Numbered from the stretch's first letter, positions 26,861 to 39,968 are shown. The stretch: DNA of 64,000 nucleotides from Eledone cirrhosa (GCA_964016885.1 OZ024747.1:72602001-72666000); one strand, 5' to 3'. The notes: generated by a model not told the origin, from the sequence alone. A program made the numbers and translations.

Positions 26861-29800
26861 GTATGTTAGTACCAGACAGTACACTGTAGTACAATGTAGT
26901 ATGGTGTGTTATGTTAGTACCAGACAGTACACTGTAGTACAATGTAGTATGGTGTGTTATGTTAGTACCAGACAGTACAGTGTAGTACAATGTAGTATAA
27001 TGTGTTATGTTAGTACCAGACAGTACACTGTAGTACAATGTAGTATGGTGTGTTATGTTAGTACCAGACAGTACAGTATAGTACAATGTAGTATGGTGTG
27101 TTATGTTAGTACCAGACAGTACAGTGTAGTACAATGTAGTATGGTGTGTTATGTTAGTACCAGACAGTACAGTGTAGTACAATGTAGTATGGTGTGTCAT
27201 GTTAGTACCAGACAGTACTCTGTAGTACAATGTAGTATGGTGTGTTATGTTAGTATCAGACAGTACACTGTAGTACAATGTAGTATGGTGTGTTATGTTA
27301 GTATCAGACAGTACACTGTAGTACAATGTAGTATGATGTGTTATGTTAGTATCAGACAGTACAGTGTAGTACAATGTAGTATGGTGTGTTATGTTAGTAC
27401 TAGACAGTACGCTGTAGTACAATGTAGTATGATGTGTTATGTTAGTATCAGACAGTACACTGTAGTACAATGTAGTATGGTGTGTTATGTTAGTATCTGA
27501 CAGTACACTGTAGTACAATGTAGTATGGTGTGTTATGTTAGTACCAGACAGTACACTGTAGTACAATGTAGTATGGTGTGTTATGTTAGTATCAGACAGT
27601 ACAGTGTGGTACAATGTAGAATGGTGTGTTATGTTAGTACCAGACAGTACAGTGTAGTACAATGTAGTATGGTGTGTTATGTTAGTACCAGACAGTACAC
27701 TGTGGTACAATGTAGAATGGTGTGTTATGTTAGTACCAGACAGTACAGTGTAGTACAATGTACTATGGTGTGTTATGTTAGTACCAGACAGTACAGTGTA
27801 GTACAATGTAGTATGGTGTGTTATGTTAGTACTAGACAGTACACTGTAGTACAATGTAGTATGGTGTGTTATGTTAGTACCAGACAGTACACTGTAGTAC
27901 AATGTAGTATGGTGTGTTATGTTAGTACCAGACAGTACATTGTAGTACAATGTAGTATGGTGTGTTATGTTAGTACCAGAGGGTACTCTGTAGTACAATG
28001 TAGTATGGTGTGTTATGTTAGTACCAGACAGTACACTGTAGTACAATGTAGTATGGTGTGTTATGTTAGTACCAGACAGTACACTGTAGTACAATGTAGT
28101 ATGGTGTGTTATGTTAGTACCAGACAGTACAGTGTAGTACAATGTAGTATGGTGTGTTATGTTAGTACCAGACAGTACAGTGTAGTACAATGTAGTATGG
28201 TGTGTTATGTTAGTATCTGACAGTACACTGTAGTACAATGTAGAATGGTGTGTTATGTTAGTACCAGACAGTACAGTGTAGTACAATGTAGAATGGTGTG
28301 TTATGTTAGTACCAGACAGTACAGTGTAGTACAATGTAGTATGGTGTGTTATGTTAGTACTAGACAGTACACTGTAGTACAATGTAGTATGGTGTGTTAT
28401 GTTAGTACCAGACAGTACACTGTAGTACAATGTAGTATGGTGTGTTATGTTAGTACCAGACAGTACAGTGTAGTACAATGTAGTATGGTGTGTTATGTTA
28501 GTACCAGACAGTACAGTGTAGTACAATGTAGTATGGTGTGTTATGTTAGTACCAGACAGTACAGTGTAGTACAATGTAGTATGGTGTGTTATGTTAGTAC
28601 CAGACAGTACAGTGTAGTACAATGTAGTATGGTGTGTTATGTTAGTATCTGACAGTACACTGTAGTACAATGTAGTATGGTGTGTTATGTTAGTACCAGA
28701 CAGTACACTGTAGTACAATGTAGTATGGTGTGTTATGTTAGTATCAGACAGTACAGTGTGGTACAATGTAGAATGGTGTGTTATGTTAGTACCAGACAGT
28801 ACAGTGTAGTACAATGTAGTATGGTGTGTTATGTTAGTACCAGACAGTACACTGTGGTACAATGTAGAATGGTGTGTTATGTTAGTACCAGACAGTACAG
28901 TGTAGTACAATGTAGTATGGTGTGTTATGTTAGTACCAGACAGTACACTGTAGTACAATGTAGTATGGTGTGTTATGTTAGTACCAGACAGTACAGTGTA
29001 GTACAATGTAGTATGGTGTGTTATGTTAGTATCAGACAGTACACTGTAGTACAATGTAGTATGGTGTGTTATGTTAGTATCTGACAGTACACTGTAGTAC
29101 AATGTAGTATGGTGTGTTATGTTAGTATCTGACAGTACACTGTAGTACAATGTAGTATGGTGTGTTATGTTAGTACCAGACAGTACACTGTAGTACAATG
29201 TAGAATGGTGTGTTATGTTAGTACCAGACAGTACACTGTGGTACAATGTAGTATGGTGTGTTATGTTAGTATCTGACAGTACACTGTAGTACAATGTAGT
29301 ATGGTGTGTTATGTTAGTATCTGACAGTACACTGTAGTACAATGTAGTATGGTGTGTTATGTTAGTACCAGACAGTACACTGTAGTACAATGTAGTATGG
29401 TGTGTTATGTTAGTATCAGACAGTACAGTGTGGTACAATGTAGAATGGTGTGTTATGTTAGTACCAGACAGTACAGTGTAGTACAATGTAGTATGGTGTG
29501 TTATGTTAGTACCAGACAGTACACTGTGGTACAATGTAGAATGGTGTGTTATGTTAGTATCTGACAGTACACTGTAGTACAATGTAGTATGGTGTGTTAT
29601 GTTAGTACCAGACAGTACAGTGTAGTACAATGTAGTATGGTGTGTTATGTTAGTACCAGACAGTACAGTGTAGTACAATGTAGTATAATGTGTTATGTTA
29701 GTACCAGACAGTACAGTGTAGTACAATGTAGTATAATGTGTTATGTTAGTACCAGACAGTACAGTGTAGTACAATGTACTATGGTGTGTTATGTTAGTAC

Positions 29801-32349
29801 CAGACAGTACAGTGTAGTACAATGTAGTATAATGTGTTATGTTAGTACTAGACAGTACACTGTAGTACAATGTAGTATGGTGTGTTATGTTAGTACCAGA
29901 CAGTACACTGTAGTACAATGTAGTATGGTGTGTTATGTTAGTACCAGACAGTACACTGTAGTACAATGTAGTATGGTGTGTTATGTTAGTACCAGACAGT
30001 ACTCTGTAGTACAATGTAGTATGGTGTGTTATGTTAGTACTAGACAGTACAGTGTAGTACAATGTAGTATGGTGTGTTATGTTAGTATCTGACAGTACAC
30101 TGTAGTACAATGTAGTATGGTGTGTTATGTTAGTATCTGACAGTACACTGTAGTACAATGTAGAATGGTGTGTTATGTTAGTACCAGACAGTACAGTGTA
30201 GTACAATGTAGAATGGTGTGTTATGTTAGTACCAGACAGTACAGTGTAGTACAATGTAGTATGGTGTGTTATGTTAGTACTAGACAGTACACTGTAGTAC
30301 AATGTAGTATGGTGTGTTATGTTAGTACCAGACAGTACACTGTAGTACAATGTAGTATGGTGTGTTATGTTAGTACCAGACAGTACAGTGTAGTACAATG
30401 TAGTATGGTGTGTTATGTTAGTACCAGACAGTACAGTGTAGTACAATGTAGTATGGTGTGTTATGTTAGTACCAGACAGTACAGTGTAGTACAATGTAGT
30501 ATGGTGTGTTATGTTAGTACCAGACAGTACAGTGTAGTACAATGTAGTATGGTGTGTTATGTTAGTACCAGACAGTACAGTGTAGTACAATGTAGTATGG
30601 TGTGTTATGTTAGTACCAGACAGTACAGTGTAGTACAATGTAGTATGGTGTGTTATGTTAGTACCAGACAGTACAGTGTAGTACAATGTAGTATGGTGTG
30701 TTATGTTAGTACCAGACAGTACACTGTAGTACAATGTAGTATGGTGTGTTATGTTAGTACCAGACAGTACAGTGTAGTACAATGTAGTATGGTGTGTTAT
30801 GTTAGTACCAGACAGTACAGTGTAGTACAATGTAGTATGGTGTGTAATGTTAGTACCAGACAGTACAGTGTAGTACAATGTAGTATGGTGTGTTATGTTA
30901 GTACCAGACAGTACACTGTAGTACAATGTAGTATGGTGTGTTATGTTAGTACCAGACAGTACAGTGTAGTACAATGTAGTATGGTGTGTTATGTTAGTAC
31001 CAGACAGTACAGTGTAGTACAATGTAGTATGGTGTGTTATGTTAGTACCAGACAGTACACTGTAGTACAATGTAGTATGGTGTGTTATGTTAGTACCAGA
31101 CAGTACAGTGTAGTACAATGTAGTATGGTGTGTTATGTTAGTACTAGACAGTACACTGTAGTACAATGTAGTATGGTGTGTTATGTTAGTACCAGACAGT
31201 ACACTGTAGTACAATGTAGTATGGTGTGTTATGTTAGTACCAGACAGTACAGTGTAGTACAATGTAGTATGGTGTGTTATGTTAGTACCAGACAGTACAG
31301 TGTAGTACAATGTAGTATAATGTGTTATGTTAGTACCAGACAGTACAGTGTAGTACAATGTAGTATGGTGTGTTATGTTAGTACCAGACAGTACAGTGTA
31401 GTACAATGTAGTATGGTGTGTTATGTTAGTACCAGACAGTACACTGTAGTACAATGTAGTATGGTGTGTTATGTTAGTACCAGACAGTACAGTGTAGTAC
31501 AATGTAGTATAATGTGTTATGTTAGTACCAGACAGTACACTGTAGTACAATGTAGTATGGTGTGTTATGTTAGTACCAGACAGTACAGTGTAGTACAATG
31601 TAGTATGGTGTGTTATGTTAGTACCAGACAGTACAGTGTAGTACAATGTAGTATAATGTGTTATGTTAGTACCAGACAGTACACTGTAGTACAATGTAGT
31701 ATGGTGTGTTATGTTAGTACCAGACAGTACAGTGTAGTACAATGTAGTATGGTGTGTTATGTTAGTACCAGACAGTACACTGTAGTACAATGTAGTATGG
31801 TGTGTTATGTTAGTACCAGACAGTACAGTGTAGTACAATGTAGTATGGTGTGTTATGTTAGTACCAGACAGTACAGTGTAGTACAATGTAGTATAATGTG
31901 TTATGTTAGTACCAGACAGTACAGTGTAGTACAATGTAGTATGGTGTGTTATGTTAGTACCAGACAGTACAGTGTAGTACAATGTAGTATAATGTGTTAT
32001 GTTAGTACCAGACAGTACAGTGTAGTACAATGTAGTATAATGTGTTATGTTAGTACCAGACAGTACAGTGTAGTACAATGTAGTATGGTGTGTTATGTTA
32101 GTACCAGACAGTACACTGTAGTACAATGTAGTATAATGTGTTATGTTAGTACCAGACAGTACAGTGTAGTACAATGTAGTATGGTGTGTTATGTTAGTAC
32201 CAGACAGTACACTGTAGTACAATGTAGTATAATGTGTTATGTTAGTACCAGACAGTACAATGTAGTACAATGTAGTATGGTGTGTTATGTTAGTACCAGA
32301 CAGTACACTGTAGTACAATGTAGTATGGTCTGTTATGTTAGTATCAGAC
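26861..32349. repeat. 48-bp tandem satellite, about 114 units (gtaccagacagtacactgtagtacaatgtagtatggtgtgttatgtta)
   Basis: Exact 48-bp period, no indels seen, a few recurrent variant sites. Confidence 0.97.
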
Positions 32350-32740
32350 CTGTTCTGGGGGTCGTGGGATGGACACACCACATTAGGTTGGTGGCCTGTT
32401 CTCGGGGTCGTGGGATGGACACACAACATTAGGTTGGTGGCCTGTTCTGGGGGTCGTGGGATGGACACACCACATTAGGTTGGTGGCCTATTCTGGGGGT
32501 CGTGGGATGAACATGCATTAGGTTGGTGGCCTGTTCTGGGGGTCGTGGGATGGACACCAATCTAGGTTGGTGGCCTGTTCTGGGGGTCGTGGGATGGACA
32601 CACCACATTAGGTTGGTGGCCTGTTCTGGGGTCGTGGGATGTACACGCTTTAGGTTGGTGGCCTGTTCTGGGGGTCGTGGGATGGAGACACATTTGGTTG
32701 GTGGCCTGTTCTGGGGGTCGTTGGATGGACACATAAGGTT
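32349..32740. repeat. ~46-bp GC-rich minisatellite, about 8.5 units (cctgttctgggggtcgtgggatggacacaccacattaggttggtgg)
   Basis: Units start at 32349, 32395, 32441 and onward, fused directly to the 48-bp array. Confidence 0.95.
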
Positions 32741-32870
32741 GCTTAGTTTCACTTGGCGATTCAGCTGGATCAATAGAGGGTTGCTTCTGGTAGGACCCTC
32801 TGGAATAAGTGGGTGGCGAATAAGTTGATGGTGAAGAAGAAGTATATATATATATATAGGAAAAAGTATG

Positions 32871-32966
32871 ACCCCGACGGCAGAGCTCAAGCCGTTTCGA
32901 CGGCTATTTCTGGACTAAATTAGACTTTTTAGCCTGGTAAATAAATAGCCAAACTTATCAAGGGGT
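32871..32966 (-). ncRNA. Type I hammerhead ribozyme with a U3-A8 core variant
   Basis: Minus strand: acccc-TTGATAA-gtttggctattt...aaatagccgtc-GAAA-cggc ttgagctct gccGTC-ggggt. Stems I, II and III all pair; GUC cleavage triplet. Confidence 0.75.
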
Positions 32967-33450
32967 ACTTCCTTATATTGGAAGATAGTAATTGTCAAAA
33001 GGATTGGTCAAAATTTGTTATAAAGACAAATAAATCTATCATGGCATTTGGTGGGAGGTAGGGGTGGCTGAACTTGCCGGTAGAACAATAGGGGAGTGAA
33101 GAAAGCCAGTCAGGCGTTGAAAGTGTAATCTATACAGCCGATTCTAAGGATAGTGTATGAAAAGACGAAAAAATGTTCTGGAGAAAAGGGGGAGGGGAGT
33201 TTAAAGAATAGGTAAGTCGAATGGGAGTACAATAAAAAATATATATATATATATAAAAAAATGAATAAAGAAAACAAAAACAGTAGAGTCTAGAAACAGC
33301 TGCTATAATTAGTAGGTATTGCTAAGCATAGAAAAGTTTAATAAGTAGAGAATGGAGAATACTAAATAAGAGATTGTAGTTGGTAGTGAAAAAAATTAAT
33401 ACAAACTTGTCAGGGGGGTCTAACACAGCTGCTATAAATAGTTAGTAAAG

Positions 33451-33498
33451 TGTGATCAGCCAATGCTATCTTACAAAAGATAGCATTGGCTGATCACA
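33451..33498. other. Perfect 22-bp inverted repeat with a 4-nt loop
   Basis: tgtgatcagccaatgctatctt acaa aagatagcattggctgatcaca. Confidence 0.9.
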
Positions 33499-33647
33499 TT
33501 GGCAGTTTCCTTTGTATATATTATATTTGTTAGTGTTTTCGTTCTGTAACCATTATATTAAATGAGTTTTTAAAAGAAAGTTAATAAATAAATAAAACGT
33601 TATACTTGTATTACCCTCCCGTTTCCACTTCACCGAACGCTATCATG

Positions 33648-33875
33648 ACTGTATGTGTCTGTTTGTGTAAATGTATATGTGTGAATGTATGTATGTTTGT
33701 GTGAAAGTATGTGTGAAGTGAATGTATGTAGTATATTTGTGTGAAAGTATGTGTGAATGTATGTATGTCTGTGTGAATGTATGTATATTTGTGTGAAAAT
33801 ATGTGTGAATGTATGTATGTTTGTGTGAAAGTATGTGTGAATGTATGTGTATTTGTGTGAATTATGTCTGTGAGC
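33648..33875. repeat. Degenerate gtgtgaatgtat-type minisatellite
   Basis: Repeated gtgtgaa(t/a)gtat(gtat) units. Confidence 0.7.
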
Positions 33876-34125
33876 GTCTATTTTTATAAATTTGTGTTTG
33901 CGCGATTATAGTTATATACTCATAATAGTTATATACTCATACGCGTCAGCGTGTAGAAAATCATAATCTTTCTATCTCTCTCATCACACACTCTCTCTTT
34001 CTATATATATGGTAGTTGAAGTGGTGGTGGTGGCATCGATATACCGGAAGTGCAACTTTGAAAAGAAGTCAATTTTAAATTATTTTTACGAAATTTAGTA
34101 CATAAATTATGTAATATTCATTCAT

Positions 34126-34272
34126 TGGCTGGATTGGCAGTATTGGTAGAGGGTCGGACGCTATGCTTTGACGAATAGAGTTACGGCCCTTGCCAAATCC
34201 CGCCGAGGTTAACTTTTCCTTTTATCCTTACGGGGTCGATAAAATAAAGTACCAGTAATACACTGGGTAATT
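34126..34272 (+). mobile_element. tRNA-derived SINE (internally deleted)
   Basis: ggattggcagtattggtagagggtcggacg..cccgccgaggttaac..ggggtcgataaaataaagtaccagt; reverse-complement match to 24820-25006. Confidence 0.8.
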
Positions 34273-34420
34273 ATTTTACTAACTGTGTTAAAAGAAATAA
34301 ACCGTACGCAGTCCCGCAGACCTTCCTTTATTATAGTTTAGATTGCAAGTTGTCTGTCTGTGTGGTTATCTGTCTGTCTAGTTATGCGGCTGTCTGGCTA
34401 TCTGTCTAGTTATGTGGCTG

Positions 34421-34515
34421 TCTGTTTGCATGAAGAGCAGATCGATAATGGGGTTGGGTCCATAACTCCTGTGGGTGACCTTGAGCCAATACTCTGCGAA
34501 ACGCACGTAATAGAT
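34421..34515 (+). ncRNA. Decayed hammerhead ribozyme motif
   Basis: ATGAAGA-gcaga...tctgc-GAAA-cgcacg-TA-atagat. Position 3 and stem I are damaged. Followed by aataaa and (TA)n. Confidence 0.4.
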
Positions 34516-34634
34516 TTGATACACAATAAATATCATATATATATATATATGTATATATATATAAATATATATATATATATTTTAATTCATTTCTGGCGGG
34601 AATCATGGTAGAAACTTTAGTCCAGACTCGAGGC

Positions 34635-34720
34635 GCCTCTTGATGAGTTCCAAGCCTCGTGGGTAGATCCAAGATAGGGTATATCCACAGAAAAGGAACG
34701 AAACTACCGGTAGTCGAGAC
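34635..34720 (+). ncRNA. Type I hammerhead ribozyme (C3U core variant) with a 12-nt palindromic stem III
   Basis: gcctc-TTGATGA-gttcc...ggaac-GAAA-ctaccggtag-TC-gagac. Inner helix gtgggta/tatccac; ACTACCGGTAGT palindrome; GUC triplet. Confidence 0.7.
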
Positions 34721-35014
34721 TAGAGGAATTTTGGTAAAGTTTATATGCATTTTTTCTTCAAACTTCTATTTTATCCCTAACTCCGTGTAGTTGATTATTT
34801 GTCTAGTCAATTTGTACGGGCTAAAAGGAATGACTAGGGAAATTTTATCTGGCTGTACCTCGCGGAAGATAGTCTGTATCATTTGTCTATTATTTCTTCA
34901 TAGTTACATTTTAAATTTATAGCCTCGTTTAAATGATTATTTATGTGGTTGATTTATACGGACTACGGAGAGGAAAGACTGTATATATTTTATCTGATAA
35001 TTCTTCAAACTTCC

Positions 35015-35122
<108 letters not shown>

Positions 35123-35399
35123 TGAGAGGGGAGATAGAGGAGGTAAGTAAAGCAAGCATGCAAGAAAAAGAAAGAAAGACGGTCAGCAAAGAAGAAAGAA
35201 AATAAGGTCGGAAATAATAAAGACAGTAAAAAAACAAAGCAAAAAAAAAACAAAAAAAAAAACAATGGTTTAAAGAAAGAAACAAAAAGAAACAGAAAGA
35301 AAAGAATAACATAAAAGAAAGACGGGGAGGAAAAGGAAAGAAAAGGTAATCAATGAAAGACGCTGTTTTAATCCGAAAGAACAACAAGCGAGTTGCTAA

Positions 35400-37443
35400 T
35401 ATCATTATTATGACTGGCCATCTTCATTATAATGATGTCATAGTGCTAATACATGTCATAATTATTAGGATTGTCCTTCTTCTACACCATAATGATGTCA
35501 TAGTGCTAATACATGTCATAATTATGATGACTGTCCTTCTTCTTCGCCATAGTGATGTCATAGTGCTAATACGTGTCATAATTATTATGACTATCCTTCT
35601 TCTTCACGATAGTGATGTCATAGTGCTAATACGTGTCATAATTATTATGACTGTCCTTCTTCTTCGCCATAGTGATGTCATAGTGCTAATACATGTCATA
35701 ATTATTATGACTGTCCTTCTTCACGATAGTGATGTCATAGTGCTAATAAATGTCATAATTATTATGACTGTCCTTCTTCTTCACGATAGTGATGTCATAG
35801 TGCTAATACGTGTCATAATTATTATGACTGTCCTTCTTCTTCGCCATAGTGATGTCATAGTGCTAATACATGTCATAATTATTATGACTGTCCTTCTTCA
35901 CGATAGTGATGTCATAGTGCTAATAAATGTCATAATTATTATGACTGTCCTTCTTCTTCACGATAGTGATGTCATAGTGCTAATACGTGTCATAATTATG
36001 ATGACTGTCCTTCTTCTTCGCCATAGTGATGTCATAGTGCTAATACGTGTCATAATTATTATGACTGTCCTTCTTCTTCACGATAGTGATGTCATAGTGC
36101 TAATACGTGTCATAATTATTATGACTGTCCTTCTTCTTCGCCATAGTGATGTCATAGTGCTAATACATGTCATAATTATTATAACTGTCCTTCTTCACGA
36201 TAGTGATGTCATAGTGCTAATAAATGTCATAATTATTATGACTGTCCTTCTTCTTCACGATAGTGATGTCATAGTGCTAATACGTGTCATAATTATTATG
36301 ACTGTCCTTCTTCTTCGCCATAGTGATGTCATAGTGCTAATACATGTCAAAATTATTATGACTGTCCTTCACGATAGTGATGTCATAGTGCTAATAAATG
36401 TCATAATTATTATGACTGTCCTTCTTCTTCACGATAGTGATGTCATAGTGCTAATACGTGTCATAATTATTATGACTGTCCTTCTTCTTCGCCATAGTGA
36501 TGTCATAGTGCTAATACGTGTCATAATTATTATGACTGTCCTTCTTCTTCGCCATAGTGATGTCATAGTGCTAATACATGTCATAATTATTATGACTGTC
36601 CTTCTTCTTCACCATAGTGATGTCATAGTGCTAATACATGTCATAATTATTATGACTGTCCTTCTTCACGATAGTGATGTCATAGTGCTAATAAATGTCA
36701 TAATCATTATGACTGTCCTTCTTCTTCACGATAGTGATGTCATAGTGCTAATACGTGTCATAATTATTATGACCGTCCTTCTTCTTCGCCATAGTGATGT
36801 CATAGTGCTAATACGCGTCATAATTATTATGACTGTCCTTCTTCTTCGCCATAGTGATGTCATAGTGCTAATACGTGTCATAATTATTATGACTGTCCTT
36901 CTTCTTCACCATAGTGATGTCATAGTGCTAATACATGTCATAATTATTATGACTGTCCTTCTTCACGATAGTGATGTCATAGTGCTAATAAATGTCATAA
37001 TTATTATGACTGTCCTTCTTCTTCACGATAGTGATGTCATAGTGCTAATACGTGTCATAATTATTATGACTGTCCTTCTTCTTCGCCATAGTGATGTCAT
37101 AGTGCTAATACGTGTCATAATTATTATGACTGTCCTTCTTCTTCGCCATAGTGATGTCATAGTGCTAATACGTGTCATAATTATTATGACTGTCCTTCTT
37201 CTTCGCCATAGTGATGTCATAGTGCTAATACGTGTCATAATTATTATGACTGTCCTTCTTCTTCGCCATAGTGATGTGATAGTGCTAATACGTGCCATAA
37301 TTATTATGACTTCCTTCTTCTTCGCCATAGTGATGTCATAATGCTAATACGTGTCATAATTATTATGACTGTCCTTCTTCTTCACCATAGTGATGTCATA
37401 GTGCTAATACATGTCTTAATTATTATGACTGTCCTTCTTCCAC
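35400..37443. repeat. 60/57-bp minisatellite, about 34 units
   Basis: Unit cataattattatgactgtccttcttcttcgccatagtgatgtcatagtgctaatacgtgt; length variants arise from ctt slippage. Confidence 0.96.
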
Positions 37444-37453
37444 ACTTTTAAGA

Positions 37454-37681
37454 GGTCTTAGTGGTTAGAGCAATTTAGGCTTACAATCGGGTGATGTGCT
37501 GTGTCCTTGAGCAAGACACTCAGTTGTACGAAACTGTATCAGCCTTTGTCTTTCCTTAGGAAATCATCGGTGGCGTGGAGAGGGGAATCTGGTCTATATG
37601 GTGCCACTGCTGGTCTCCCTTGCCTCGACTTGTGCCTCTTGGTGCAAAATCCATAGTATCGTAACCGAAGGTCTTTACCCT
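37454..37681 (+). mobile_element. tRNA-derived SINE (second family, degraded)
   Basis: A-box-like ggtcttagtggttagagc; gtgctgtgtccttgagcaagacact core typical of metazoan SINEs. Confidence 0.55.
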
Positions 37682-37695
37682 ATTGTAATTAATAT

Positions 37696-38130
37696 CTTCT
37701 TCTTCTTCTTCTTCTTCTTCTTCTTCTTCTTCTTCTTCACCACATCACCACCGCTACACGTTATCACTCCAGTAACACAACTACCACCACCACCACCACT
37801 ACCACAACCACCACCACCGAGACCCCACCACCACCAGTTGTCTGACCACTCACACAGCCAATCCCACCCCAACCACCACCAAGACCCCACCACCACCATC
37901 ATCACCATCACCGCCACCACCACCAGTTATCTGACCACTTACACAACCAATCCACTCACCCCACCATCACCCCCACCACCATCAGCACCACCTCTACCAC
38001 CACCCCCACCAGTTGTCTGACAACTCACACAGCCAACCCCCCCCCCCCACCAGTTGTCTGACCACTCACACAGCCAATCCCACCCCAACCACACACCATT
38101 CCTTCTACCCACCCATCCATCCACCCACCC
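37696..38130. repeat. (TTC)n followed by a (CAC)n-rich low-complexity tract with an internal ~45-bp duplication
   Basis: ccagttgtctgaccactcacacagccaatcccaccccaaccac occurs at ~37833 and ~38050. Confidence 0.85.
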
Positions 38131-38342
38131 ACGTCTCTTATAATCCAACTAATTAACGTCTGCTCTATTTATATGTCTCCGGTAGAAATGTAGAGAAGTG
38201 ACTTGGTTTAACGATTAAAGATCAGTCGATAAACCTTGATTGGAACCTAAAGAGTAATTTATATCTAATAGACTCTCGCTCATCGTTACCTTTTACTTGA
38301 TTACTAAAACGTCTTGATATGTCTTACTCTTCAGCCTTCACC

Positions 38343-38344
<2 letters not shown>

Positions 38345-38422
<78 letters not shown>
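38345..38422. repeat. (TATC)n microsatellite
   Basis: Direct reading. Confidence 0.95.
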
Positions 38423-38423
<1 letters not shown>

Positions 38424-38535
38424 TTCGCATAGTATAGACGCGTACAACATCGGCTCCTGCCTTTTTGAATTTTTACCTATTGACAGTAAGTGTTTGTCTC
38501 TTTATTGTGTTGTCTTTGTGTCTTTTAACCACCCG

Positions 38536-39644
38536 GGTGAGGAGATCCATCTGTTGTCAACACCCTTCGAAAGGAGGGCTGGCGATGCCGTGGCTAATGA
38601 TGCGTAAACACGCATTAAGGCTACGGCACCTCCACGTATTCCTCACCGGTCAACCGGTGTGGGCCTCGTTTGTGAGACGAACCTTTCCCAGACTCGTCTC
38701 ACTCACCGAGCTGCAATCCTGGGTCAAGCAAAGACCGAGAAAACTGGGCGCCTGGCACACTGAGTGTGCCCAGGCGCTCACGGCCCTCTAGCAGGCGGAC
38801 CCGGTTATCAGTGGAGACTCTACCGCGACATTCTATAGAGGGCTGGTACGCAGCAAGTGCGACGACGCCCTCGGAGAAGCCCAAGACATGGAGGAAGACG
38901 AACTGGCCAGCCTGTTCGGTAGGACATTCAGCCCGGGACCTATGGACAACTTCCAGAAGTCCCTAGCCTGGCAGTGCTACCGAGGGGCTCTACCCGTTCG
39001 ATAAAAGCTCTACAGACACGGGTGTCCGGGTAGGGACCCCGCCAAAAAGATGTGTCCCAGATGCGTGTGCGACGAGGAAACCGTTGCACACGCATTGGTA
39101 CACTGCTCGGGCGTAGCCGATCTGTGGGGCTATGTCGAACGACTGCTATCACGGGTGGGACCGATCCGGTTGACAACCGAGGCCATTGTAACGATTAAGC
39201 CGCCTCCCCCCTTCAAAAATGAAGGAGAGGCGGTGTTTCTGTGCGTAATAGCCATGGTGAAAGAGGTTGTATGGTGGACGCGTCTGAAAGGACTGAGGTC
39301 AGGCACCTTTCTCTCTGGCCAACAACTGATCCGTTTCTTCCGATATCATTTCGGAAGAAGGATCAGGATGGAGAGAGAGGTGTTCCACCCCAGTCGTTTT
39401 TATGAAAGGTGGGTGAAAGTGGCGAGAATGGCCCGTGTGAATGGGCCTTCTCTCTACATCAGCCTGTAGGTGGAAAAGAGGAAGGAACGAGGGAGCACCC
39501 TCTCTCTGTGCTCCTGAGGAGAAGGGGTTGTACACTTTATTGTTAATTTTATATTTGTTATTTGTTTTCTTTACTCGCCTTTTTGTGTAAACTCCCCCCT
39601 TGTATTTGTCCCCTTCTTTTGCGCCCTAGTGGCAATAAATAGAA

Positions 39645-39645
<1 letters not shown>
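38536..39645 (+). mobile_element. 5'-truncated L1/Tx1-clade LINE (zf-RVT region + 3' UTR), disrupted
   Basis: VRRSICCQHPSKGGLAMPWL..; CPRC..ETVAHALVHC zinc knuckle; in-frame stops. Ends aataaatagaaa followed by (TCTA)n at 39646-39705. Confidence 0.92.
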
Positions 39646-39706
<61 letters not shown>

Positions 39707-39711
39707 TTATA

Positions 39712-39968
39712 TATATAGAGAGATAAACAGAGGGAAGACAGGAACACCTACAAAACGTGTTCCTGGTGGTGTTGAGGGTTGTTCTATCCACGGGGTGTAA
39801 AACACCCCTGCAGTAATGTTCCCCCCTGTTGGGGATTTCAATTGTTATTTTATTATATATAGTTTATTGTTATTTATTAATGTTAAAGTTATTTTTATGT
39901 AAAACCCCTGCCGTCACGTCTTGTAATGTCCCATTTTTGTACGCCCCTGTAGCAAATAAAGAAAAATA
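39712..39968 (+). mobile_element. 3'-UTR-only copy of the same Tx1-like LINE family
   Basis: Homologous to 42900-43135 (gttgagggtt..gttctatc..ggggatttc..tatgtaaaacccc..cgccc..gcaaataaagaaa). Flanked by tatc repeats on both sides. Confidence 0.8.

Noticed and set aside
26736-32468. 1910-aa His/Thr/Tyr-rich ORF with an NIT sequon in each 16-aa repeat
   Set aside because: It is the translation of a homogeneous 48-bp satellite. It starts inside another minisatellite, has no signal peptide or unique domain, and the opposite strand is also largely open. Only expression data could rescue it.
35353-37341. 662-aa hydrophobic repeat ORF
   Set aside because: Translation of the 60-bp minisatellite; the frame is kept by ctt slippage and there is no non-repetitive domain.
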